This document shows, piece by piece, positions 7,399 through 17,491 of a stretch of 64,000 bases of DNA. Made by a program: the position numbers and the translations under genes. Origin of the DNA: a virus (taxonomy: Duplodnaviria > Caudoviricetes); the IMG/VR virus record IMGVR_UViG_3300033072_000360, positions 129 through 64,128 of that record. One strand, given 5' to 3'. Below the pieces are notes generated by a model that did not search any database, was not told the origin of the DNA, and worked only from the letters and a program-made list of their open reading frames with translations. Each line of letters starts with the position of its first letter. Position 1 is the first letter of the stretch.

Positions 7399-7785
7399 GT
7401 GCTTAATCATGTTACATTAATTGGAAGGCTTGTTGCAGATCCGGAGACACGAAATACGCCTAATGGAAAGTCTGTTTGTAGTATTCGTATTGCTGTGGAT
7501 CGCAAAGGCCGAGAGAAGGAAACTGATTTCTTTAGCTGTACAGCATTTGGTCAAACTGGTGATGCGTTGGCTACGTATGCAACTAAAGGGCGATTAGTTG
7601 CTATTACCGGAAAGATTCAACTAGATAATTACACCGATAAAGATGGCGTAAAAAAGCAATCAGTAAAAGTCCTTATTGATAACTGGACGTTGCTTGATTC
7701 ACGCAAAGAGCAAGAATCAGCACCAAACCCACGTCCAGCTGGACAACTTAAAGTAGATGATATTGACGATCCATTTGCAGATTAA
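7399..7785 (+). CDS. ssb: single-stranded DNA-binding protein
   Basis: LNHVTLIGRLVADPETR...TDFFSCTAFG...KGRLVAITGKIQ; acidic tail DDIDDPFAD; GTG start after GGAGG. Confidence 0.95.
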   Translation: MLNHVTLIGRLVADPETRNTPNGKSVCSIRIAVDRKGREKETDFFSCTAFGQTGDALATYATKGRLVAITGKIQLDNYTDKDGVKKQSVKVLIDNWTLLDSRKEQESAPNPRPAGQLKVDDIDDPFAD

Positions 7786-7988
7786 TCAATAAGGTTTAAC
7801 TTAACTGCTTCTGCATAAGCCCTTGATCTTGCACCGTACCCGGAAACACGTAGTTTAAAATAGATGTTTTCGAGGCAAGCGTGTACAGTTCGAGGGCTTA
7901 TGTTTAGTTCAAGTGCAATATCCTTGGACTTCATATGCTTTCCTATGCGCAGAAGCACGTCGCGCTCTCTATTAGACAGATGTACCAT
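7782..7988 (-). CDS. LuxR/GerE-type HTH transcription regulator (stand-alone)
   Basis: LSNRERDVLLRIGKHMKSKDIALELNISPRTVHACLENIYFKL. Confidence 0.85.
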   Translation of the reverse strand: MVHLSNRERDVLLRIGKHMKSKDIALELNISPRTVHACLENIYFKLRVSGYGARSRAYAEAVKLNLID

Positions 7989-7994
7989 AATTAC

Positions 7995-8009
7995 ATTGTA
8001 CCGTAAGTA
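7995..8009 (-). promoter_or_regulatory. promoter motif copy (TACTTACGG-TACAAT)
   Basis: 6 nt upstream of the ATG of the LuxR-type gene. Confidence 0.7.
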
Positions 8010-8055
8010 ATGTTATTGAATACTTGTTTATAGTATGATGTATCAAGGTGAAACC

Positions 8056-8307
8056 ATGGGCGTAATAAAGAAATACCAGAATCCGTCTGGGGGTTTAAAT
8101 GCAGCAGGTCGTGCGCATTACAATGCAACGACAGGATCAAATTTAAAACCTCCAGCTCCAAATCCGAAAACAAAAAAAGACGCAGGTAGAAGAGCGTCTT
8201 TTTGCGCACGTATGTCTGGTATGAAAAAAAAGCGCACATCATCGGAAACTGCAAATGATCCAAATAGCAGGATAAATAAATCCCTTCGCGCTTGGAATTG
8301 CAAATAG
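8056..8307 (+). CDS. conserved small basic phage protein (DUF6321-like)
   Basis: NPSGGLNAAGRAHYN...GSNLKPP...RRASFCARMSGMK...SLRAWNC pattern. Confidence 0.7.
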   Translation: MGVIKKYQNPSGGLNAAGRAHYNATTGSNLKPPAPNPKTKKDAGRRASFCARMSGMKKKRTSSETANDPNSRINKSLRAWNCK

Positions 8308-8317
8308 GAGAACTGTT

Positions 8318-8515
8318 ATGAGGAAGCCAACTGGAAAGTCTATGGCAGCAATGCTAGGAATGATGGGCGGTGGAAAAGCCGCACCGAAAAAGAAAGCTAG
8401 TAAGAAACCTGCGCCACGCAAAAGGGTTGTGCAGAAAGCTCCACCAATGCCACCAATGGGCGGTGGCGGTATGCCTCCAATGGGTGGTGGTATGCCACCA
8501 ATGGGAATGATGTAA
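8318..8515 (+). CDS. low-complexity Lys/Pro/Gly/Met protein
   Basis: GGAG RBS; KAAPKKKASKKPAPRKR and PPMGGG repeats. Confidence 0.65.
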   Translation: MRKPTGKSMAAMLGMMGGGKAAPKKKASKKPAPRKRVVQKAPPMPPMGGGGMPPMGGGMPPMGMM

Positions 8516-8517
8516 CT

Positions 8518-8778
8518 ATGATGGGACGAATGAACAAGCATATTAATAGGTTGTCTATGCGCGACTTGTTAAATGTGGAACGTAAAGAAGGCCACAAGGG
8601 CGTAACTGCAAAATCGCTTCCAGCCAAGGAAATGAAGGAGCATAACCTGAAAGGTGCGCCATCTATGGCTAAGATTCAACGAGCGGAAGCTTTAGAACAT
8701 CAAGGCAAAAACGGATTAGTATCTCGTCCATCAAAGAAACAACACATGGCTGCAACAAAAGCATATCGCGGAAGATAA
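8518..8778 (+). CDS. small basic hypothetical protein
   Basis: 86-aa ORF in the operon. Confidence 0.6.
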   Translation: MMGRMNKHINRLSMRDLLNVERKEGHKGVTAKSLPAKEMKEHNLKGAPSMAKIQRAEALEHQGKNGLVSRPSKKQHMAATKAYRGR

Positions 8779-8790
8779 GGGTCTAGGGGA

Positions 8791-11700
8791 ATGTCATCTT
8801 TTTTAGCTTCATTATTAGCAGGGTCAAATGCAGGTGCAGTTACACCGCAAACTGATGAATCTACAGGGACGCCATCCCCTACTCCTTCTACTCCACCTAA
8901 AAAAACTTTAAGTTTTGGTGCAAAAAAAGCCGAGCCAGCACGTAATCCACAACCACCAAGCGGTGTACCAGCAGACCCAGTAAGCATTGCAGTTGGGTTA
9001 CCCGGAGACCGACCGTTAGATGTTCGAATGCAGCCAAAAGAAAAGGCGCCAGTCATTGAAGCGCCAATGACTTTGGAAGATTGGAAAGCTGGTGGGTCTG
9101 GTTTAACATCATCTATTGGAAAATTTAATTCATTAGTTGCAGGGACGTCTGGCCAAGGTCCATTAAGCTACACTGAAGCAACAAAACGTTATTACAGTTC
9201 TTTGCCCGACGAGGAAAAAGAATCCAATCCATTTCATAGATTGCTAGGTAAAGCGCAATCGTTTGACCCAATGGATCCTACGCATGGCGTTGTACATGAT
9301 GCAATTGAACACGTTTCTAGAGCGCATGGTGTTCCAGATGGACAGGCTTTATTCAATAGTGCTGTACATCACGCTATTAGAGCATCTGCATTAAAACCTA
9401 AAACTGATCCTTTATATTGGAAAGCCACTGGGTCAAAGCTTGGTGATTATAGGTCTGAACTTCAATCATTGCGTCAGGCAATGGATCCCAATAATCCACA
9501 GGGTGAATCACAGTACGAGATACGTAAAAAAGCTAGGGAAACTGGAGTTAAAAATTTAACTGGCGCTCTTGCGAAATACATTGGTCAGTCAGTATTGGCA
9601 GATATTAGCAAGCAGGCAACTCCAGAACGAACAGGTATAACCGAAACTAAAAATATCCTTGAACATATAATGGGTAGTGGTGACGGTGATAATACACCGA
9701 TGTCACGAGTTGCTGCTTTAACTCGTGAATACGTAGAGGCATACGATTTTGACAAAACAGAACTTGGCAAAGACCTTGTTGCTAAGGCTGCAAACAATAC
9801 ATTAACAGATGAAGATATTGCGCAAGCTGCACATAAATGGAATGTAAAACAATTTATAGAGCCACGCATAAAACCTAGTGGAATAGACGATCCTGCTGCA
9901 TTTGCAAAAACACATCAAGAATACAAGGCTAATCCTACAGGTGGATTGCAAGGGATGGCACGTTATTCATCACCTGACTTTATGCGCATATACACTGGAA
10001 GTGATGACGCTGACACATTAGCTGAACAACGCGTAACAAGAGGTCATACACCTTTTGCCAATGTATCAGATCAGGAAACAGCTTCACGACTTGGCAAATC
10101 TGGATTAGATGATCGAACGTGGGGTCAGTTTGATTCACGCGCAAATATGGTTGGCGCATTGTTCAGTGGATTGTCCCTTACTGACGATCAAACAAGAACA
10201 CTAGCAGCAAAGATGGGCTTTAACACAACGGCTGAGCGCGATCAGTTTGTTATGGGCACAGGCATGGATGGTATGTCTGGTGAAGCACTGATGGCAATGG
10301 AAGGACGCGTGGGTGCTGTAACCAATGCCAACGAATCTGTTGAACAAGACAATAGCAATAACACATTAGCAAAAAAGGTAATGACTGGTGCAAGCTGGGT
10401 TAAGAACAGCAAGCATTTTACACCAGATCAAAAAGCTGCTTTTAATTCAAGGCTTTTACATATCAGTGATATTGCTACATCATTAACAGAGACAGCTACT
10501 GGTGGCAATGTTGGTAAAGGTAAAAAACAATCAATTGCGATTTATCATCCTTTTGCTTTAACGACTAAGGGTGAAGGATCATATGAAATGAAAGACCCTA
10601 TCGGGTCTTATAAATCTGGGCATTTTGATATGTACCGTCCCGCTACGGATATATCAATGGGTCCACAAACTGTGTTCCAGACAGCATTAATGTTTGAGCA
10701 TGCTGCACAAAATACTCCGTATCGTGCGCAGTTTGGATACTTGGTTAAATCAGCACAGAGCATTGCGCAGACCAAAGAGCAGCTGTCTTCATTAAATGAG
10801 CAACTGACAAAATTAAATGAGCTTGAACCTAAAAGTGGCTTTGAACCAAAATACGAAGCACGTAGAAACGAAATAAAAGCCCAGATTGCCATGCTGGACA
10901 AGTCGTTAAAAACTGTTTCAACTGCAAGTCAAATCCAAATATCACCAATTGATTTTGAAAAACGAATACGGTTAGCAGCAAATCGCGTGTATAGAGATGC
11001 GCAAGCAGATCCCTCATTTAAAGGCAAAATTGAGGGTGAGATTGGGATGAACATTGATGGTAATGCGTACGAATTTACTACAGCATTATTAAAACGTTTA
11101 CAAGATCCCGCAGCTGGACCTCGCGTTATGAGGGCAATTGGAACTGCGTTATTAGGTGCTGATGCCATTGTCAGAAACGATCAAACAAAACGATCTGGTA
11201 AAAATACAGCTAGTCCGACAGAGCGAGCTGCGCTTAAATCAATTGATGCAAAACAAAAAGCGCAAGGAGAATTTGTCACTGCACAACTTGGAATTCCACT
11301 GCAGGAATTAGTTACAAAACATAAACCAAAACCAGTAAGCGAAGTCGAAAAAGCACGTGCAGCACTAGGCGGTGATTTAACTTTAACGCAAGACGAGCAA
11401 GGTTTAAAAACACGCATTGCTGAATTAAATGCAAAGCAATTAACTACTACTGGTTTAACCGAAGATGAAGATGTTGAATTAAGCCAGAAACAAAAACAGT
11501 TGTCTGATTCTGTCGGAGCACGTTCTAATGCCGCACCACAAGGTGCAAACCGAAGTACTATTGATAATGACGTTTGGACGTTACTGAACGAGAACGCAAA
11601 ATACCTTATACCAAAATCAAATCAGGCTGAATTTATTGGACCCGATAAACAACTAACAGCTGAAGGTAAACGGTATTTACAAAGCGCTCATACTGCTCTG

Positions 11701-14700
11701 TCTTCATGGGTATATAACGCATCTAATGACAATGCGTCCCCAGAGAGTAAGCAAAGAGCTTTAAACGCAATTCAGTTCCCTGCAGATGCAATTACCAATA
11801 TTGAGGCCCGTAAAGAATCGCCAAGAACTACAAGTGGGCTTGATGCTGGATATGCATTGTTTCCAGCGTACGACCCTAGAAATAAACGAAATGTTGGTTC
11901 ACCAACAGAATGGGATCGTGTAAATGAAACAAAGAGAGACAAGTTACTAGCTGACATTGGTACAGCACACACGCGATTAACAGGTTTGCAATCTGAGGCA
12001 AAAAGTGCACAGCAAGCACTTGACACATTTACGGCTTTATCACCAGAGGGTAAAGAACAATATGTTAAAGGATTTGATGATGGTCGCACTGTAAATGAAC
12101 ATCTTGAAAAACTAACAGACACAGCGACTAAGACCGCACAGGCAGTAGAAAGTAACAAAGACGCGCAACAGCGTTTAGCATTACAACTACATGAACATCA
12201 TAATCCAGACGTTCCATTTTCGGCTGGCGGTCCAATGACCCAGAAAGATTATGAAGAACAGAAAGCGGTCAAAGTAAAGGAAACTGCCGACACAAATAAA
12301 CATATTGCAACATTAAATAATTGGAAAAAGGCAACACCGCAAGCTAAAGAAGCTGCGTACAACTGGGTTCAAAAAGCGTATCAAGAAGGTACGTTACCTC
12401 CGGGATTTGACCCGTTGCCAAGCGTAAAGAAAGGTGCGATTGGTGCAGTAACACGTATTGCCTATCCGACATTTGAGGATTCATTAGATTTTCAAAGTGG
12501 CCGTTGGACAGCTGATTATGACTATCCGCACAAACCACGCCCACATTTAGGAATGGATACAGTGCAGGGGAGGATTAAAGTACCTAATCCGCATTTATCC
12601 ATTTTAATGAAAGTGCACAAAGATACGGGTGTGCCATCATTTGAAGTTGTTGAATATAAAATTAACGGTACTAAGAAAACTGTGTTTGCACGCCAGCGAA
12701 TTCATATTGCTGGTGCTGCATCTGCTCCACATGAATCTTCATTTAAAGATGGAAATAGTTATATAACAAACAGCCAGTTTTTCTACGGAGTACATCAAAA
12801 ATTAGATCCTATTGAAGCAAAAATTGAAGACCTTGCCAAGGCAAGAAAAACGGCTTTGCAAAACGGGCAAGCCGTTGATAGTGATGCAGTTAAATCACTT
12901 GACACTCAAATTGCTGCACTTAACCAACAGGCGCAACCATTAAGGACACAGCTAGAACCAGAGCGTCAATATAAAATAATTGAACAGCAATACAAAGATC
13001 GCAAGCAAGCACAAGATGACTTGGCTGCGGTTATGAAAGCGTTGCGTAATACAAGATCTATTAATGCGCAAATTGCAGAAGTAGATAAAAAACTTACAGG
13101 CGAATTAACTGACGATGAACGCGCTAAATTAACGGCATCTAAAGCAAAATTAACTGAGGCTTTGGGGCGTACTCAGCAATCTGTATTCAGTAAATTTGGA
13201 AAAGAATTTGAAACAGCCGCATCCAGAATGACAGAAGCGGATCTCAAAAAGTTTGATTTAAATCAAGCAGATTTTAATTTACTGACAAATATCAAGACGC
13301 TTCTTACGGATGACGCAACTGCTTTTGAGGCTAATGAATCATATGACAAATTGATTCAGAAGATGTCGCAGAGCGCTAAGGGAACTCCACTCTACGATTT
13401 AATTAAACGCGTTGAAAGTTTGGGGACAGGATTTAAACGCCCAGACAAACTTACGTTTGCAGAATCTGGAGACTGGACTCTTGGCGAAACAGCAAAGCGT
13501 TACACGAAACCAGCTCGTGATTCCTTTAAAGATGTAGGTTCATTTGTAAAATTTAATGCAATTATGAACAGGCAGGCTGACAGCGCTGCAATAGTAGACG
13601 CCAAGGAGCAGGCAAAGTTATTACCAATAAAGCGAGCCGCAATTGTTCGTGGTGGTTTTGGTCCAAATGGAAAATTGCAGGCTGCAAATCTTGATGCCTT
13701 TGTCAAGAAGATGTGGCAAGTAGCAATTGATGAATCTCCAATTAATTTAAAAACGACATTTAAAAAATACACTGATGACAAACCAGTAAAGTATTCGGTT
13801 GCTCGTTTTTACAATGACGTATGGCGTTATCTACCAGATCACGTAAAAGCAAATTCTGGAGTATTACTGCAAGATATTCCAAAGCGTCAATTAGACGCAA
13901 TGTCTGCGCGTGACCGAACTAAAATCGAATCCGCATTCAAAAATAATAGTATTGTTTTACCAGCATTGCCCGGAGCAACAACAACACAGCCTAGTAACTG
14001 GGCCGAATTAACAATTCCAAATAGAGGGCAAGTACGATTTGACAGACCTATGCCAGCTTGGTGGGAAGATCAAGTTGGCCAGTTGACACCAAAAGCCCAA
14101 CGTGATGTCAGGCATGCTGTTGACGTTATGTCAGTCATTAACAGAATGGCTAAAAATCAACGATTCCCGTACAGCGTTAATTTTGATAACTCCAATATTG
14201 TAGATGCAGCAACCAGTGCCGAATCACGATATCCAAATGGAGCTACAGTACAGCCAAAAGATATACCTAACGGCCCATTAGTAAACCGTCCACCAAAATA
14301 TAAAATGGAGGAATTTGATCAAAATATTCAACGGTTAATGGGCGTTCATCCTGAATATGCACAGATGTCGCCAGCTCAAAAAAATGCAGCAACGCAACGT
14401 GCTTACAGTGACATACTTGGATTGTCTAATGTTTATGTAGCATTAAATATGGGATGGAATATTAGGCGTGATGCACCAACAACTGTTGATGCTGGTGGCA
14501 ACGCGTTAAAGATTCCGGGGCGTATTACTATGACGCCAGTGCCTAATCCGCCAGTAAAGTTTGAAGGTTCTACATACGTTGCGCCATCAGCAAAACAGGC
14601 AGATCGTTATCCAATGTTCGGAGCTGGAGAGTTAGCATCGTTTACTCAGGCGTGGTCTCGTAAACTTTATCCAACACAGACAACCGTATCACCAACAAAA

Positions 14701-16161
14701 ATTGAAACAAATGCGGTAGCTGCAGCAAGAAACAATTTAGATACGCAATTGCGATCACACGCAACTTTAGAAGCAGGATTAAAATTAGCGCAAGCAAAAT
14801 TAACCACTGCTCGATCTGAGGCCAAAACTAACCCTACACCTGAAAACATAGAAGCTGCAAAAGCAGCACAAACGGCAGTGAAACAAATTGAAGCGCAAAT
14901 TAAAGTCAGTAATGGCCCTAAGCTAAAAAGTGATTTAGGTCGCATTAATGCTGAATATAAATCGGCAGGTGTATATGGTAATAGGTTTGGAGGGACGGCT
15001 CAAGATGCACACGAATTTTTAACTCAGTTAAAACAACAACATCCAGATAAGTACAGAAAATTAGCTGGCTGGAGTAAATACCATACTCCTACTGGAGGAT
15101 TAACAATTGATGACTTTATGGGAATGGATCCGTCAAAAATTACCGGGCCAAATAAAGCCAAGGTCGGAGCATTACTTGACGGCATTTTTTCCGATCACGT
15201 GCCGCAAACTGCTAAAGCTAAAGTTGCAGCATTGGTTGACTTAAAATCCAGAGATTCACATGAATTAGAAAGACTAAGACGTAACTATAATCGCAACAAG
15301 ACCTCTAAAGATCCATCATTTGATAAATTGCTAAAACTTGAAGGGAATATATCTGATGATGAAACGGAAGCATTGACAAAAGTATTTGACAATTCATCGT
15401 GGGCTAAATCTCCGGTTGCTACATGGTTTGCGTATAAGCCGACGCGCCCAGCTGTCGAACCAGAACCAGCTGGTAGATATACTCCAAACCTTGGAGCTAG
15501 AGTGGCAGCACAATTAAAGAGAGGCTTTACACCTGTCAATGCTGCAAACCTTACGCAGGCAGAACGAGATTTTGTAGCTGCATTTGCTGATTTCCGAGTG
15601 CCAAATAAATACGAACCAGTTCGTCGTCAGGAGGCACATCGTATTGTTGGTTTAGTTATCCCTGAAGTGCGTAAAGATGGACAGCTTGTAACACCTGAAC
15701 GTACATTGCAAATTGATGGACCTGAATTTAGAACTGTATTACGCCGTATGATGGCTAATCCAGAATTGTTTAAAGATGCTCAATTCCTACAAGAATCTGG
15801 CATCAAGGTGTTCAGAATTGGTATGCGTAAATTTAATACGGCGGAAGGCTCAATAACGACCGCATACGACAGTGCAACTAGAAGGCCGGGTGCAAACGCA
15901 CAGGCTTGGTTGCAATCTGAAGGATGGCGTGATCAACAGGCTGCAGAATTACTATCTGGCGGTAAAGCTAAACAAGCGTCAGCAAGAGTTGAAATTTCAA
16001 AGGCTGCACTGCCAGTAAGTGAAAGTACAGTGCGAATTAAAAAGGTAGCTGGTAAAGCAGGAATGACACCATTGCTTGCTATTACAATGGCACTGATGGA
16101 CGGAGTAATTAAAGGTGTCACGGACATTGACCCAAAACTTGTAGTAAAGGGAAATAAATAA
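8791..16161 (+). CDS. giant hypothetical protein (2456 aa), possibly virion-internal
   Basis: Uninterrupted 7.4-kb ORF; disordered Pro-rich N-terminus, coiled-coil-like segments; no recognised catalytic motif. Confidence 0.85.
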   Translation: MSSFLASLLAGSNAGAVTPQTDESTGTPSPTPSTPPKKTLSFGAKKAEPARNPQPPSGVPADPVSIAVGLPGDRPLDVRMQPKEKAPVIEAPMTLEDWKAGGSGLTSSIGKFNSLVAGTSGQGPLSYTEATKRYYSSLPDEEKESNPFHRLLGKAQSFDPMDPTHGVVHDAIEHVSRAHGVPDGQALFNSAVHHAIRASALKPKTDPLYWKATGSKLGDYRSELQSLRQAMDPNNPQGESQYEIRKKARETGVKNLTGALAKYIGQSVLADISKQATPERTGITETKNILEHIMGSGDGDNTPMSRVAALTREYVEAYDFDKTELGKDLVAKAANNTLTDEDIAQAAHKWNVKQFIEPRIKPSGIDDPAAFAKTHQEYKANPTGGLQGMARYSSPDFMRIYTGSDDADTLAEQRVTRGHTPFANVSDQETASRLGKSGLDDRTWGQFDSRANMVGALFSGLSLTDDQTRTLAAKMGFNTTAERDQFVMGTGMDGMSGEALMAMEGRVGAVTNANESVEQDNSNNTLAKKVMTGASWVKNSKHFTPDQKAAFNSRLLHISDIATSLTETATGGNVGKGKKQSIAIYHPFALTTKGEGSYEMKDPIGSYKSGHFDMYRPATDISMGPQTVFQTALMFEHAAQNTPYRAQFGYLVKSAQSIAQTKEQLSSLNEQLTKLNELEPKSGFEPKYEARRNEIKAQIAMLDKSLKTVSTASQIQISPIDFEKRIRLAANRVYRDAQADPSFKGKIEGEIGMNIDGNAYEFTTALLKRLQDPAAGPRVMRAIGTALLGADAIVRNDQTKRSGKNTASPTERAALKSIDAKQKAQGEFVTAQLGIPLQELVTKHKPKPVSEVEKARAALGGDLTLTQDEQGLKTRIAELNAKQLTTTGLTEDEDVELSQKQKQLSDSVGARSNAAPQGANRSTIDNDVWTLLNENAKYLIPKSNQAEFIGPDKQLTAEGKRYLQSAHTALSSWVYNASNDNASPESKQRALNAIQFPADAITNIEARKESPRTTSGLDAGYALFPAYDPRNKRNVGSPTEWDRVNETKRDKLLADIGTAHTRLTGLQSEAKSAQQALDTFTALSPEGKEQYVKGFDDGRTVNEHLEKLTDTATKTAQAVESNKDAQQRLALQLHEHHNPDVPFSAGGPMTQKDYEEQKAVKVKETADTNKHIATLNNWKKATPQAKEAAYNWVQKAYQEGTLPPGFDPLPSVKKGAIGAVTRIAYPTFEDSLDFQSGRWTADYDYPHKPRPHLGMDTVQGRIKVPNPHLSILMKVHKDTGVPSFEVVEYKINGTKKTVFARQRIHIAGAASAPHESSFKDGNSYITNSQFFYGVHQKLDPIEAKIEDLAKARKTALQNGQAVDSDAVKSLDTQIAALNQQAQPLRTQLEPERQYKIIEQQYKDRKQAQDDLAAVMKALRNTRSINAQIAEVDKKLTGELTDDERAKLTASKAKLTEALGRTQQSVFSKFGKEFETAASRMTEADLKKFDLNQADFNLLTNIKTLLTDDATAFEANESYDKLIQKMSQSAKGTPLYDLIKRVESLGTGFKRPDKLTFAESGDWTLGETAKRYTKPARDSFKDVGSFVKFNAIMNRQADSAAIVDAKEQAKLLPIKRAAIVRGGFGPNGKLQAANLDAFVKKMWQVAIDESPINLKTTFKKYTDDKPVKYSVARFYNDVWRYLPDHVKANSGVLLQDIPKRQLDAMSARDRTKIESAFKNNSIVLPALPGATTTQPSNWAELTIPNRGQVRFDRPMPAWWEDQVGQLTPKAQRDVRHAVDVMSVINRMAKNQRFPYSVNFDNSNIVDAATSAESRYPNGATVQPKDIPNGPLVNRPPKYKMEEFDQNIQRLMGVHPEYAQMSPAQKNAATQRAYSDILGLSNVYVALNMGWNIRRDAPTTVDAGGNALKIPGRITMTPVPNPPVKFEGSTYVAPSAKQADRYPMFGAGELASFTQAWSRKLYPTQTTVSPTKIETNAVAAARNNLDTQLRSHATLEAGLKLAQAKLTTARSEAKTNPTPENIEAAKAAQTAVKQIEAQIKVSNGPKLKSDLGRINAEYKSAGVYGNRFGGTAQDAHEFLTQLKQQHPDKYRKLAGWSKYHTPTGGLTIDDFMGMDPSKITGPNKAKVGALLDGIFSDHVPQTAKAKVAALVDLKSRDSHELERLRRNYNRNKTSKDPSFDKLLKLEGNISDDETEALTKVFDNSSWAKSPVATWFAYKPTRPAVEPEPAGRYTPNLGARVAAQLKRGFTPVNAANLTQAERDFVAAFADFRVPNKYEPVRRQEAHRIVGLVIPEVRKDGQLVTPERTLQIDGPEFRTVLRRMMANPELFKDAQFLQESGIKVFRIGMRKFNTAEGSITTAYDSATRRPGANAQAWLQSEGWRDQQAAELLSGGKAKQASARVEISKAALPVSESTVRIKKVAGKAGMTPLLAITMALMDGVIKGVTDIDPKLVVKGNK

Positions 16162-16754
16162 TGGATCCAGTTGAATTGTTAATGTTTTTAACTCAGCGAA
16201 GCCCAAACTATACCAGAGCATTAGCTCAGCCGGGATTAGCCAATAAAGTAAATGGCATAGCAGGTTTAGCACATGAAGAACTAAATAATTTTCTTACAGA
16301 TATTCCAGCAAGAGCAGGCGGACGACTTGGCGGAGCTGCAATAGGTGGAGGTATTGGTTCATTGTTTGGACCTGCAGGTACAGCAACTGGCGCAACTTTA
16401 GGATCCGTTGTTGGGCCACATGCAGTAAACGCAATGAAAGATACTATGTGGAATAATTTTGTTACTCCTCATGTATTAAATGGATGGCACGCAATTAACC
16501 CTGCTGAAAAAATGGGGTTAGATAATAATCCCGGTGAGCTAGATACAATGCTTACGCAAGCATTTAAGTACTTGGATGACAGGCACCCAATGCATAAAAT
16601 GAATCAAGCAATTTATGACAATGTACAGCCAGCTTCCAGAAAGGCTACTAAGCAAACAGCAAGTAATATTTTAGGGCTATTGAATTCTAAATCAACAAAT
16701 AAAGAAGGCTATGTTTCTCGACAGTCTTTGCGAGAAATAGGTATGCAAAAATAA
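16161..16754 (+). CDS. glycine-zipper-containing protein
   Basis: GGRLGGAAIGGGIGSLFGPAGTATGATLGSVVG; TAATG-coupled on both sides. Confidence 0.65.
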   Translation: MDPVELLMFLTQRSPNYTRALAQPGLANKVNGIAGLAHEELNNFLTDIPARAGGRLGGAAIGGGIGSLFGPAGTATGATLGSVVGPHAVNAMKDTMWNNFVTPHVLNGWHAINPAEKMGLDNNPGELDTMLTQAFKYLDDRHPMHKMNQAIYDNVQPASRKATKQTASNILGLLNSKSTNKEGYVSRQSLREIGMQK

Positions 16755-17491
16755 TGACAGAGGAAAGGTATCGCGTAGGCGTTGCAGGGGGGAAGTCATT
16801 ATTGTGCCAAGCACAAATTGCCAATGACAAGCTATGCAATAATATTGCAATTAAAGGGCGCAAGTACTGTAAGCATCACGGCGGAAAATTACCAGTTGCA
16901 CAAGAAAGCGCTCTGTTTAAAACGGGATTGTGGTCCGCGCAACGCCGTAGGTTTGCCAACGTTGCACCAAAATTATTAACACGTATCAACGAGTTGCGTG
17001 AGGACCCTGAGCTATTTAGTTTAAAAGATGATGCTGCATACATTACAGCATTGATGGACACGCGAGCCGAAGCTGCCTCGGCAGGTGTAAGTTTAGAACA
17101 TTACGAAAGCATACGTGATCAATACAACGTATGTAAACATGCACTTGGCAGCGATAGCTTTGATGACGCATTTAAATATTTGGGTAAACAAATCAGAGAT
17201 GGCATAGATGAATACAAGGCTTCTAATGATGTTGTAGACCTAATTAAAAAGCGCACAGAAGTAATCGAGGCAGAACAAAAAATTATGCAAGCAAAAGCAT
17301 ATACGCTTGAAGTTGATCAGGCGTATAGTTTAATTATGCAGATTTTAAAAGTAGTGCAAGCTAACGTAAAAGACCCGCAAGAAATGTCAGCGATAAAAGA
17401 TGGGTTCTCTAAATTATTGCGAGTGTACCAAGAAGAAGAAATTCAAGACGCAGAAATTATAGAAGATGATCAAGCAACACAGTGCAGCTAG
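16754..17491 (+). CDS. probable terminase small subunit (N-terminal HGGxSTG-like Zn motif)
   Basis: LCQAQ...LCNNIAIKGRKYCKHHGG; position directly before TerL. Confidence 0.65.
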   Translation: MTEERYRVGVAGGKSLLCQAQIANDKLCNNIAIKGRKYCKHHGGKLPVAQESALFKTGLWSAQRRRFANVAPKLLTRINELREDPELFSLKDDAAYITALMDTRAEAASAGVSLEHYESIRDQYNVCKHALGSDSFDDAFKYLGKQIRDGIDEYKASNDVVDLIKKRTEVIEAEQKIMQAKAYTLEVDQAYSLIMQILKVVQANVKDPQEMSAIKDGFSKLLRVYQEEEIQDAEIIEDDQATQCS

